Shown in pieces: positions 51,631 through 64,000 of a DNA stretch of 64,000 nucleotides. A model generated the notes under the pieces. That model saw nothing but the letters and a program-made list of their open reading frames with translations. It was not told where the DNA came from and did no database searches. The position numbers and the translations under genes are program-made. This DNA is from Mustelus asterias (lineage: Eukaryota), in assembly GCF_964213995.1 (NCBI RefSeq), contig NC_135804.1, positions 99,572,001 to 99,636,000 on the forward strand, written 5' to 3'. Each line of letters opens with the position of its first letter. Position 1 is the first letter of the stretch.

Positions 51631-53254
51631 CATTTGTTACCAAATATACCTGTTGGACTTTAACCTGGTGTTGTTAAAACTCTTACTGTATTTACCCCAG
51701 TCCAACGCCGGCATCTCCACATCATAACCTTTCTAGTCCCAGAACCCTCCAAGATACCTGCCTAGTTCTGGCCTCTAATACATCTCCAATTTTAATTGCT
51801 GCACCACAGGTGGACACAACTTCAACTACTAAGACCTTAAGCTCTGGAACTCCCTTTTTAAACTGCTCCGCCTTTCTACCTGTCTTTCCTGCTTTAAAAC
51901 ACTCCTTAGAACTTACCTCTTTTACCATCTGGCAATTTTGTCTGGTAATATTTGGTAATAGTTTATGTGACTCAATGTCAGGTTTTATCCTATAATTCTC
52001 TGGTGAAGATATACTTTGTTAAAAGCGTCCATGATTCCTCAGGAGTTTAACTTCAGTGCGGTTACATTCATGCGACCTTACTGAGCAGACGTTTGGAATT
52101 CTTTCCCACCTGGAATGATTTGATGGGTTCCTATGATTTAACCAAGAAGGCATGTCCTACAAGATATTGGTTTGTTGAGCACTGGGAATGGAATAACCCA
52201 CAGCACTGTAGAATGAGGGAGGTGAGACTGATGGCATAATGGATGGTGAAGAAACGGGAGAACTCCGAAACCAGCCTTTCGTTCGAGCTCTTCAGCAGCA
52301 GCTCATTGAGGAATTATCCAACATAAAAATTCCTGTTTATCTTGGCTCCATAAAAATACGTTGAACCTCTGCTGGTCGCTAGGTAGCCCGAACTTTGGGA
52401 TGTGCTCCGGATATGAACAATGCTGGGAAATCATTCTTGACATTCCTCGCTCAATCAACACCTCCAAAAATCAGATCAATTGATCAGCCATCGCCTTGTT
52501 TTTAACCGTCATGCTGATGCAGAATGACTGCTGGATTTGCCAACATTTCAATCATCGCACTCCAAACATAATTAATGGTGTGAAATGATTTGAGATGTTT
52601 TGACAAAGTGATAAGGTGGTGTATAAGTGTAATGATTTATTTCTTATGTTCAGATCAGTCATTACTTTTGATGCACCAAAATTAACCAGCCCTTAGTATG
52701 AACTCAATCTGCCCCAAACAGACTTTGACAGAAATAATCATTCTTTTCCAATGTAGTTCAAAAACAAGTTTTTAAAATGGAGACTGGTAGGGGTGAATGG
52801 CCTACTCCTGCTTCTAGTTTCTATGACTAATCTTTTTGGCCAGCTACAAAATAATGGAGCAGAGAGATCAGAGGGCAGATATTCTCTGAAGTCACAATTT
52901 GATATCCTTCGCCCCTACTTGAGAATAAAAAGATACTCAAACAATTATTGAAATTACCACATGACACCATAACAGCTCTCTTTGCCTCAATGTGACTTTG
53001 CCAGTAATAAATCAGCATCAAATGGGGTAATCTTTCCTTTGGGCAATAATGTATAATGAATAATAATAATGCAGTCGTCTATCGTGCAACTTTCACCATT
53101 TCCATTTCCACTGAATCTTCAGCTTGCGTAGAATCTGCGAGACAGCCAAGCTTTAAACTCTCCACACTTTGGAACAGCATAAAATACAAGAGATAACCTA
53201 TCAATTCGCAGTGTTTAGGCGGGCAGTGGTGTGGGATATAAGGCCAGACACCTA

Positions 53255-54109
53255 GGGCCCAATTTTACCATCATGTTGCGCCTGTTTTCAAGCACAAAAA
53301 CTTGGTAAAGTCGGGCAGGAGGTGAGTAAACCGATTCCCGTTTTACCAAAGCCCAAAAATGGCCATGATCAGGACCACGCCCGAAACGGGCGTGTCGGCC
53401 ATTTAGATGCATTTGCATGCATTTAAATTGACAATGGGCTGCATGCCCAACCTAACTGGCACTTCCCACTTTACCACCACGTTCGTCCATCCAGATTCGG
53501 TGCAAAACAGACATGCTCTACAAAAGTCTGATTTGGGCGCTCCAGCTACTGAGGAGGTAAGTGCTGGGTGTCCACGGTTCTCTGCTTGAGATCAGTGGGG
53601 GGGTGGGGAGGTGGGTCCGATGGTTCTCTGCTTCAGATCAGTGGGAGGGGAGGTGGCTCCGACCGTTCTCTGCTTCAGATCAGTGAGGGGGAGAGGGGAG
53701 TCCGCTGCCACTCTGCATGTGATCAGTGAGGGGAAGGAGGGGAGGGGGCCGCGATCGGTTTGGGTGGTGGGTGAGTGGGGGAATAAGGGAGTCAGTAATG
53801 TTGTGGGGCTGAGGCAGTGTCTGTGGGAGCCAGACGGAGGCATTATCCAGCCTGGGAGCGATGTGGCAGGGGAGCGTCATTCTATCATTTTCTTTGCGCA
53901 TGCGCAGTTGGTGATGCCCTTCGGAGTTGCAGGATTTTGCATGCGCTAAACCCTGTCCAGAGGCTTCTGCAGCGCGATTCGGAATCGTTGACATTTTTTC
54001 AGGCAGAGTGTATATGAGGGCTCCTGAGAACGGGTCTATGTCGGATCTTAAACACTCCCAGTTTCAAGTCCGCTCAGCACTTAAAATCAAAATGGTAAAA
54101 TAGGGCTCC
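53255..54109. mobile_element. Non-autonomous TIR DNA transposon (possibly PIF/Harbinger-like)
   Basis: TIRs gggcccaattttaccat / atggtaaaatagggctc; internal ~40-bp tandem repeat at 53578-53670; no ORF. Confidence 0.65.
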
Positions 54110-54865
54110 TAAAGTCATCAGTCTGAAACATAAACCATTTGATTGTTAGGCTTCTTTTAAATTTCACTGATGGGGCACCCACTTGTTTCCAGCAGTAATA
54201 CCCCAATTGGGGATGGTATTTCTGGTGGACCTGGCTCCTAATTAAAGCATGTTTGGGATGTATCCTTTAATTTGCTGAAGATTCTACTGGAAGATTTGGG
54301 CTGCAGCTTTCTTTGGCAAGAGCATCTCAATTGAATGAATCCATAATGCATGCCCTTGTTGAGTAGGTGAGAATGAGCAGGAAAATTCCCCTCTCTACAA
54401 TGGCCAGCACTCAACAGGATGGGAAGGTGCTCGATGAAAATGTCAACACACAGATCATCTCTTACATTATGGGGATCCATTGGCACAAGAACTGATGCAG
54501 ACAACAAAGGTGAACATTATATTTGGTGTTTGCACTTATAAAAATCTCACCCCCCCCAACAATCTAACCATTATCTTTCCCTACATTCCAAATCCTCCTC
54601 CGCCAGTCACAAAGTCACAATGGGACGCCGCACCATCTTTCCTTCTCACCTTAGTCATATACTCTTGTTACTACTGCTCTCATAACAGGCACTAAAAGAG
54701 TTCCACTTTATCCAAAATGGGAAGGTGTTTTACTCCACTGCTAACTGCTTTTACATTTCATACTCATGTCACTTATTCACACATGATCACCTCTGCATCC
54801 TACTCTCAACACGCTGCTGTTTCTCAGCATGTACGCTGATGAAGCTGTTTCATGTTTCTCTCTTT

Positions 54866-54992
54866 CATAGAAACTAGAAGCAGGAGTAGGCCATTCAGCC
54901 CTTCGAGCCCGCTCCGCCATTCATTTTGATCACGGCTGATCATCGCTTTCAATATCCTGATCCCCCTATTCCCCTCATATTCCTTGATCCCA
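54866..54992 (-). mobile_element. CR1 3' tail fragment
   Basis: catagaaactagaagcaggagtaggccattcagccc... Confidence 0.8.
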
Positions 54993-55009
54993 GCCAATGC
55001 TGTTATTTT

Positions 55010-55350
55010 AATAAATGGAAACACTGCAGCTAATCCGCATGTAGCAAGGTCCTACAAACAGCAATTAGATAAATAAGCATATAATCTACACTACTTATTT
55101 TGATTGCATTATAATGTTGGCCAGGACAGCTGGAGAATTTCCCCGCTCTTGTTCAAATAGTGCCACAGGATCTTTTCCATCTACAGAAAGAAGACCTTGG
55201 TGTAACATGTCACCTGAAAGGCAGCACATGCTGACAGCAGCACTCCTTCAAAAGTGCACTGATGTGTAGGTCTCTCGAATTATTTTGTTCAGTCTCTGGA
55301 GAGCTTTGAACTCATGGTCTGACTTGAGGCTACAGTGCTAGTATGCCAAG
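55010..55350 (-). mobile_element. Ancient DeuSINE (SacSINE1/AmnSINE1-like) remnant
   Basis: Minus strand gatcctgtggcactatttgaacaagagcggggaaattctccagctgtcctggccaacatt resembles the Deu domain. Confidence 0.6.
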
Positions 55351-56064
55351 GCTGGCACCGTGCCCATTAGCTTCAAGTAGTCAATCAATAGAAATCTGTA
55401 AATAACAAAGTTAACCATGAGCTGACTAAGGGGGTTGGGAAATAAATTGAATTTTTATAAAATTCTGTCCAACGCTTGACTCGAGCAGAGTTTTGGACTA
55501 ATATTCTGGGGACTGTGAGCTCATACCCAATCACTGTCATGGATGCTCATCTTCAGCTCATTCAATTCACTTCATTCAACATCAAGAAATGCTGAGTCCA
55601 TTGAATACAACAAAGATAGTACGAAAGATTTGTGAACCAAAGCTAACACACATAAGTTCTGCTGTTCCAGTGCAGCTATAGCATTGGGGCTATATCAATC
55701 CAACAGAATGGAAAATGTCCAGGTACGTTGTGTCCACAAAATGCAAGACAAATCCAACACAGCCAATTACAGCTCTAACAACTCTAACTCCCAATCCTCA
55801 ACAAAGTGTTGGAAGCCAGTGATTTGCTTATTGATGCTCAGTTGTGTTTCATCAGAACCACTCAGTTCCAGGCCTCATTAGAGCTTTGGTCCAAATTTGG
55901 TCAAAAATGTTGAATCCCAGAGATGGGTGAGAATAACAGATGTCGACAGCAAGGCAGCATTTGGCAAAGTGTGGTATCATGAAACCATAGTAAAAGTTGA
56001 AGTCAATCGGGACTACAAAGGAGATTCTCCAATGGCTAGAATCATACCTGTCACAAAGAACGAT

Positions 56065-56323
56065 GGGTGGCATTGTAGCACCGTGGTTAGCACTGCTGCC
56101 TCACAGCGCCAGGAACCTGGGTTCAATTACTTGGGTAACTGTGTGGAGTTTACACGTTCCCTCTGTGCCTGAATGGGTTTCCTCTAGGTGCTCCAGTTTC
56201 TTCCCACAGTCCAAAGATGTGCAAGTTAGGTGGATTGGCCATGCTAAATTGCCCCTTAATGTCCAATATGTGTGTAGGATAGGTGGATTAACCATGCTAA
56301 ATGCACAGGGTTACTGGGATTAG
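56065..56323 (+). mobile_element. V-SINE, 3'-truncated by the PLE palindrome
   Basis: tRNA-like head plus V-core. Confidence 0.8.
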
Positions 56324-56554
56324 ATGGTGTGGAGATGCCAGCGTTGTACTGTGGTGGGCACAGTCAGAAGTCTCAGAACATCAGGTTAAAATCCAACAGG
56401 TTTATTTGGAATCATGAGCTTTCGGAGCGCTGCTCCTTCCTCAGGGGAGTGGCCACACACGTTTGCTACCAAATAAACCTGTTGGACTTTAACCTGGTGT
56501 GGTTAGACTCCTTACTGTGTTTACCCCAGTCCAACGCCGGCATCTCCAAATCAT
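56324..56554. mobile_element. Palindromic pair of PLE 3' ends, tails on both sides, hammerhead-like motif on minus strand (~56412-56448)
   Basis: 56324-56409 is the imperfect reverse complement of 56468-56554; minus strand CTGAGGAAGGAGCAGCGCTCCGAAAGCTC. Confidence 0.8.
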
Positions 56555-57422
56555 TTCAGTCCCAGCAACAGTTGCAGGAGTTTCTAAGGGGCGTGTCCTT
56601 GGCCTAATTATCTTCAACTGCTTCATCAATGATTTTCTGTAAGGTTCTTCATGTGGTTATTTGCTAATCCTGTACCGTGTCAGTTCTATTTGCATTTTCA
56701 CAGATAATGAAGCAGTCTGCTCCTAGAAGCAGCATGTCTAGGGCACCATCCAGACTGAAAAGTGGCAATTAACATTTTCACACCACACAACTGTGATAAA
56801 ATGACCATCTCCAACAAGATAAGAAAATTCACCCTGATGGTTTGAAGTGTAATGAGCAATTGTTTTTTCTTGATTTCTTCATAATTAATTTGCTCCATAG
56901 TTTGTGAAGATCTGGTGATGCTGATATAATTCAGATTGGTTGCTGTAAGTCAGTTTAGTGAGTCAAATTTAGGCGCCATTAATTCCAAGGCATAAACTGG
57001 GCGGGAAGTTAAGGTGAAAAGTTAAAGAATTTGTGTGATGCCGTTTATTAATATTCTGGTCAGGATAATGATCAGAGTGTTTTCCAGAGGTGGTGTGGGA
57101 TCTTCTTGAACAATTACAGTTTTTCAGATGGTACTCGCTCAGTTATTCTAAACACAGAATTCAAAGACTTTGAATGAGAGTGAAAGGGCAGTAAAATAAT
57201 AAGGATGACGTGTGTCTTGGAGAGAACTTGGAGATGCTTGTATTCATATTATATTGCTGCTATTGCCTTTGCTGGTATGGATCATAAGTCAGAATGATGC
57301 TGTTTAAGTAAGTTAGTGAGTTGCTATTGCGTACCTTCTATATATTGCAGCCATAATGTGCAATAGCGGAAAGGATGGATATTGAGCCCACTAAACTTTT
57401 TGTCCTGGATGGTGTTCAGTTT

Positions 57423-57752
57423 CATAGAATCATAGAATCCCCTCAGTACAGAAGGAGGCCATTCGGCCTGTTGAATCTGTACCGACCACAATCCCACTCA
57501 GGCCCTACTCCCATAACCCCATGCATTTACCCTGCTAATCCCCCTGATACTAGGGTCAATGTAGCATGGCCAATCAACCTAACCCGCACATCTTTGGACT
57601 GTGGGAGGAAACCAGAGCACCCGGAGGAAACCCATGCAGACACTGGGAGAACATGCAAACTCCGCACAGACAATGACCCAAGGCCAGAATTGAACCTGGG
57701 ACTCTGGAGCTGTGAGGCAGCAGTGCTAATCACTATGCCACTGTGCTGCCCC
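57423..57752 (-). mobile_element. HE1-like V-SINE
   Basis: Head, core and (GATTCTAT)2 tail as in the other copies. Confidence 0.85.
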
Positions 57753-58179
57753 TTGAGTCTTGAGTCTCGTGGCAGCTTCACCCATTCAATTAAATGCCAT
57801 CACTGAGTTACTCACATGAACAACCTGGAGTTACCAATGATCAGAAACTGATCTGAACCAGCCACATAAATGCAGTGGCTACTGGAATAGCCAGAGGCTG
57901 TGCATTCTGTACAAATGGCTGATCTCCTGACTTCTCAAAGCCTCTCGATCACCCACATAGCACAAATCAGGAGTGTGATGGAATATTCCCACTTTTCTGG
58001 ATGGGAGTACCTTCCATTAAACTCAGCGATTTGAAACCATTCAGATCAAAGCAACACATAGGTTTTAACGTTCATTCATCAACCTAAATATCATGTGCTG
58101 CACAACCATGTGCTGTTATGCAATGTGTAGTATTTACAGGATGTATTGCAGCAAGTCCCCAAGGTTTCTTTAGATGTAT

Positions 58180-60780
58180 CACAGAATTGTTATGATGCAG
58201 AAGAAGGCCATTTGACCCATTCTATCTATACCGGCCCTCTAAATGAGCATGATGATTTAGTGCCATTCTCTTGCCTTTTCCCCATACCCCTGCACACTGT
58301 TTTTATTCAAATAACCATCTAATGCCCTCTTGAATGCCTCAATTGAACCTGCCTTCACCACACTTCCAGATAGTACATTCCAGACCTGAACCACTTGCTG
58401 TGTGAAAAAATTAATTTTTCACATCACATTTTCTTTTTTTCCCGATCACTTTTAATCTGTGCCGACCACCCCCGCTCCCCCCCACCCCATTCTTGATCGC
58501 TTTGCGAGTGGGAACAATTTCTCCCATTTTATTCTGTCCAGCATCAAATCTCGTTTTAGTCTTCTTTCCAAGGAGAACAGTCATAACCTCACCAATTTAT
58601 CCTCATAACTGAAATTTCTTATCCCTGAAACCCTTCTTGTAAACCTCTTCTGCACTCTGTACAATACATTCACATCCTTCCTACTGTGTGGCACCCAAAA
58701 CCGTACCAAATACTCCAAAAGAGATGTAACTAGTGTCTCGTATTAGTTCAGCATAACCTCACTGCTCTTGTCCTCTATGTCCCGATTAATAAAGCCCAGG
58801 ATACTATATGCTTTACTAACTATTCTCTCCACCTATCATAGAGTCATAAAGGTTTACAGCATGGAAACAGGCCCTTCGGCCCAACTTGTCCATGCTGCCC
58901 ATTTTTTTTAAGCTAAGCTAATCCCAATTGCCCGCATTTGGCCCACATCCCTCTATACCCATCGTACCCACGTAACTATCTAAATGCTTTTTAAAAGATA
59001 AATTTGTACCCGCCCTCTACTACTACTTTTGGTAGCTTGTTCCAGATGCTCACCACCCTCTGTGTGAAAAAATTGCCCCTCTGGACACTTTTGTATCTCT
59101 CCCCTCTCACCTTAAACCTATGCCTTCTAGTTTTAGACTCCCCTACCTTTGGGAAAAAATATTGACTATCTACCTTGTCTATGCCCCTCATTATTTTGTA
59201 GACCTCTATAAGGTCACCCCTCAGCCTCCTACGCTCCAGAGAAAAAAGTCCCAGTCTATTCAGCCTCTCCTTATAACTCAATCCATCAAGTCCCGGTAGC
59301 ATCCTAGTAAATCTTTTCTGCACTCTTTCTAGTTTAATAATATCCTTTCTATAATAGGGTGACCAGAATTGCACACAGTATTCCAAGTGTGGCCTTACCA
59401 ATGTCTTGTACAACTTCAACAAGACGTCCCAACTCCTGTATTCAATGTTCTGACTGATGAAACCAAGCATGCCGAATGCATTCTTCACCACTCTGTCCAC
59501 CTGTGACTCCACTTTCAAGAAGCTATGAACATGTACCCCTAGATCTCTTTGTTCTGTAACTCTCCCCAACGCCCTACCATTAACTGAGTAAGTCCTGCCC
59601 TGGTTCAATCTACCAAAATGCATCCCCTCGCATTTGTCTAAATTAAACTCCATCTGCCATTCGTCAGCCCACTGGCCCAATTGATCAAGATCCTATTGCA
59701 ATTGGAGATAACTTTCTTCACTGTCCACTATGCCACCAATCTTAGTATCATCTGCAAACTTACTAACCATGCCCCCTATATTCTCATCCAAATCATTAAT
59801 ATAAATGACAAAAACAGTGGGCCCAGCACTGATCCCTGAGGCACACCGCTGGTCACAGGCCTCCAGTTTAAAAAACAACTCTCTACAACCACCCTCTGGC
59901 TTCTGCCAAGAAGCCAATTTTGTATCCATTTAGATACCTCACCCTGGATCCCGTGAGATTTAATTTAATGCAACAACCTACCATGCGGTACCTTGTCAAA
60001 GGCCTTGCTAAATTCCATGTAGACAACATCAACTGCACTGCCCTCATCTACCTTCTTGGTTATCCCTTCAAGAAACTCAATTAAGTTTGTGAGACATGAT
60101 TTTCCACTCACAAAGCCATGCTGACTGTCCCTAATCAGTCTTTGCATCTCTAAATGCCTGTAGATCCTGTCTCTCAAAATACCTTCCAACAATTTACCCA
60201 CCACAGATGTGAGGCTCACTGGCCTGTAGCTCCCAGGCTTTTCCCTGCAGCCCTTTTTATACGAGGGCACAACATTTGCCACTCTCCAATCTTCAGGCAC
60301 CTCACCCGTGACTATCGATGATTCAAATATCTCGGCTAGGGGACCCGCAATTTCCCCCTAGCCTTCCACAATGTCCTGGGATATACTTCATCAGGTCCCG
60401 GGGATTTATCTACATTGATGCGCTTTAAGACTTCCAGCACCTCCTTCTCTGTAATATGTACACTCCTCAAGACATCACTATTTATTTCCCCAAGTTCCCT
60501 ATCCTGCTACTTTCAATGATCTATGCACATGTACACTCAGATCCCTCTGTTCCTGCAGCCCATTAAGAATTTTACCTCTTATTTTATATTGTCTCCATGT
60601 TCTTCTTACCAAAATACATCACCTCACACTTCTTCTCATTTTGCATCCTATCTGCCAGTTCTACCAACTTGTCCTTTTGAAGTTCCACACTCCTCTCAGT
60701 TTATAATACTTTCAAGTCCTCTGGCGCTTTCCCTGAGTCTAGAGAAAGCTGAAAGATTATGACCAGTGCCCCTGCAATTT
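58180..60780 (-). mobile_element. Older CR1 remnant hosting a younger CR1
   Basis: Degenerate CR1 3' sequence 58180-58835 continues at ~60500. Confidence 0.65.
58836..60500 (-). mobile_element. 5'-truncated CR1 LINE, frameshifted
   Basis: RT pieces 59965-60300, 59693-59929 and 58991-59680; cctatc repeated at both junctions. Confidence 0.9.
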
Positions 60781-62104
60781 TCTAATACTATAATCTCAAC
60801 CACTTAGAGGGACAAGGGTGGCAGCGAAAAGATTATGTGACAATCTGCATGTTCTCTCCAAGGCATGCAACATCTTGACATGGATGCGTATCAGTGTGCT
60901 TTTGTTATTGCTGGGTCAAAATGCTAGAATTTTCACCTATCAGCATTGTATAAGCACCTTTGACACACCTATTACCATATTTCGAAAGGAAATGTTAGGG
61001 AACATATGGATGGGCAATATGTACGTACCAGCCTTTCTAGGGATACCCACATACCAATCATGAAGAAAGCTCGAGTCTTATTTGAGATATTGGAACTAAC
61101 ATGTCTTATCTGTTGTTGGCAGCAACACAAATGTGTTTGTGAAAATTTCCTCTGATCTCTTTTTCTTTTAAGGTGAATCAAGATTTAAATCAATATTTTC
61201 ATCTGTCTGCCAGCACAACTTCCTTGATTATGTTTGATCATAGTCAGAAAAGCTGCCTTCTGTAATAATGAGCTGTAGAAAATCCTCTTGCTAAAATTAC
61301 TTCCCTTTATTCATCTTAAGAGAGTATATATCTGTTCACGCTACACCTCATATTAGCTTTGGAAATGGTGTTAACTTACTTAACACTATTTGAAATTTAA
61401 TAACTTCAATGTTATCATAAAATTGGGTTTTCTTCCCCCTCTGTCCCTGCAAACTCCTCCTTGGCTGATAAACGATGACTACTTTACTGCTTTATCACTG
61501 TAAATATTCAAGGAAATTGAAACAGTTCCAGAAGTGCCCATTTGCTAACCTTTTAAAGCTCAAGAGCTCACAAAAATAACAAAGTGCCACAAGATATTAG
61601 TCCTAATGCATTACAGTTTGGGTACTGGGGAAGAGAAAAAACGAGAAGGGTCCCTGCTGGAGGCTTACAGTTTTAAAGATGCAAAATAATTTATGTTGAG
61701 GAGAGCTGCTCACTGTGCAATACCATCTGTCTTTTTAATATTTAATTCCCATCACTAGTACCTTAAACTAACATATACTACCAGGTGTATCAATCTCTCG
61801 GTGTATTCTCAGCATGAAGTTCAAAACATTTTTTCATTGAATATATGTGTAATGACAAAATTGCAGTGATCATTTTTAATTAATGCTAATTATATTCTAA
61901 AATTGCAATTATCTAAGAAACTAACATTTAATTATAAGCAATAGTTTGATGCATAATATAATAACAACTGTTGTTATGCTAGTCTGCTCAGTGATATTTT
62001 CACCGTAACTATGTAGGAATTTTCCACTTCAGACACCTTCCATAGTGGGTGTTGGAGTGGACTTTTTGATCCTGCATCCGTCTCAACTTCAAACACACAG
62101 ACAC

Positions 62105-63228
62105 TGGGCTAAATCACACCAATAAAAGGCAGAATGTTGTTTTTTGGTGAGAAAACTGGCGTGTTTCTCTCCAGATCTTATAACATTCTGTCAAAAAATA
62201 TCAAGGGGGGATGTTTCATGTGGCCATGCAGAGGCGTGGAGCATTAATATGCTGGCAAAACCTGGCTACAGAGATCAGGGTGTGATCTTTGAAGGGCGCC
62301 CCCGATCATACCCTGAGTAAATCTCCTCCCCCTTCCCCCTCCAGCCCCAAATGGACTCGGCACTTCTCTACCAGCCCAGCTGTTCCTCCCCCCCCCCCCC
62401 CCCCCATCCCCCCCGCCCAGCTGATCATCAGCCCCGATCATCGGCCCTTCCCCCACCCCCATCCCCACCAGACCCCCCCAATCCCGTCCCTGATCATCGG
62501 CCTCTCTTCAACCCCGATCATCAGCCCCATGTCCTCCCGCCCCTCACTGTCTGACTGTCACCTACCTCTAACCACTGCACCCCTCTGCAACTCCCCCCCC
62601 TCTCTACCACGCCGCTCCAGCTGATCATCAGCCCCTGATCACCTACCCCAACCGGACCCCCCCAATCCCCTCCCCCCAGATCATCGGCCTCTATTCAACC
62701 CCGGTCATCAGCCCCATCTCCTCCCGCCCCTCACTGTCTGAGCCGGCACCCACCTCTAACCACTGCACACACCCCCCCCCACTCAATGGCCCTCACCGGC
62801 ACCCCTGCTCCTCCGTCTGCTCTTGACCACCACCACCACACCTAAATGAATTCCTTCCCCTCATGAGGCTTCCCCTGGTGCCCACCTCTTAGCACAGGTT
62901 GCCACTGCTGGGTTAGCATGGGCATGGTGCTAACCTGGCAGTGCCATCCCATGCCAGGGGGCATTGCCAGGCCTCTGTCTGGCCATGTCCCTCTCCCCTG
63001 GGGCCTATACTTATCTTTGTGTCCCCTGGGGAGTCTATGTGAAGCTGTTGAAAACTGCGCCAACATGACATGACGTCGGTGTGGTGTCGACATACGGTGG
63101 GGTTGGGTCAATATCTGGCGAGTGGGAGATCCAAAATTGTGAACTCACCGGCGAGAACTGTGGCTTCGGGAACTTGATCCTCCACCGGTATTCTCATGGA
63201 TGGGAAGCATGGGCTCAAGATCACTCCC
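62105..63228. mobile_element. Non-autonomous GC-rich element with internal C-rich ~200-bp tandem duplication
   Basis: 62418-62590 similar to 62618-62770; ends match 45333-45873. Confidence 0.6.
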
Positions 63229-63630
63229 TTTATTTCACATAGATTATCTCTATTTAAGTAACTGATTAAATAAGAAACACAATCACAAGTCGGTTGACTA
63301 GACCAATAATCACCCATGGTCAGGCACATATTTAGACATCCATTGAACCAGGGCATGTATATAGACTACAGGGGCAGTGTTTACAATTGCTAAGCTCATT
63401 TTGTGTCTGAACATTCTTCATGATCTTCACATGTATACCTCAATGATTGGTCTCTTCAGGTTTGCCTTTACCTGTTTTTTTGTTCATGATTGGCTCAAAG
63501 CTCAGTGGTGGTTTCCTCAGACTTTCTTGTTAAATGATACTGTGTTTGAGGCATTTTGTAACTCGAGACACAACTAGCCAGTTTCTGAAATTCCAGATGA
63601 AATCCATGGTTCTGTCATTCATTCAGCAGC

Positions 63631-64000
63631 TGTCATATCAGCTTGGTATGGTTCCTGCTCTGCCCAAGACCGCAAGAAACTACAAAAGGTCGTGAATGTA
63701 GCCCAGTCCATCACGCAAACCAACCTCCCATCCATTGACTCTGTCTACACTTCCCGCTGCCTCGGCAAAGCAGCCAGCATAATTAAGGACCCCACGTACC
63801 CCGGATATTCTCTCTTCAACCTTCTTCCGTCAGAAAAAAGATACAAAAGTCTGAGGTCACATACCAACCAACACAAGAACAGCTTCTTCCCTGCTGCCAT
63901 CAGACTTTTGAATGGACCTACCTTGCATTAAGTTGATCTTTCTCTACACCCGAGCTATAACTGTAACACTACATTCTGCACTCTCTCATTTCCTTCCCTA
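63631..64000 (+). mobile_element. Rex1/Babar-type LINE 3' fragment, runs off the window
   Basis: AQSITQTNLPSIDSVYTSRCLGKAASIIKDP..KNSFFPAAIRLLN. Confidence 0.85.

Larger units (their letters stand above)
50233..51725 (+). mobile_element. Penelope-like element with 417-bp inverted arms, GIY-YIG remnant and 38-nt tail
   Basis: Arms 50233-50649 and 51271-51687; CKTC..CNSANVVYLIHCRKGCPEAWYIGET; TSD aacctttct(agt) at 50224-50235 and 51726-51737. Confidence 0.92.

Noticed and set aside
62289-62624. Proline-rich ORF (also 16604-16953)
   Set aside because: Artefact of poly-C tracts inside non-autonomous repeats.

Overview
Eukaryotic, vertebrate genomic DNA, most likely from a shark (inferred from HE1/V-SINE-type SINEs and the CR1, Penelope and Rex families present). 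The only host gene is neuroligin-3 (+ strand). Its first coding exon is at 25556-26314 (ATG 25822) and its 60-nt splice-site-A1 exon is at 32359-32418. I found no further exons, so the rest is upstream or intronic sequence packed with nested transposons. These include a near-intact full-length CR1 LINE, several truncated CR1s, decayed Gypsy and GalEa-type Copia LTR elements, a solo LTR, Rex1, L2 and Tx1 fragments, SINEs, MITEs and Penelope-like elements (PLEs). Three signals stand out. (1) The CR1 ORF1 ends in an in-phase U_UUA_AAC slippery heptamer directly before its stop, and the overlapping -1-frame ORF2 has no AUG ahead of the endonuclease, suggesting programmed -1 ribosomal frameshifting. 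(2) Three separate fold-back PLE insertions have one arm that stops at essentially the same nucleotide, 38 nt short of the element 3' end, inside a predicted RNA stem. (3) Minimal hammerhead ribozymes lie in these PLE ends, one of them sense to the NLGN3 pre-mRNA. All coordinates and alignments were read by eye; boundaries of old repeats are approximate.
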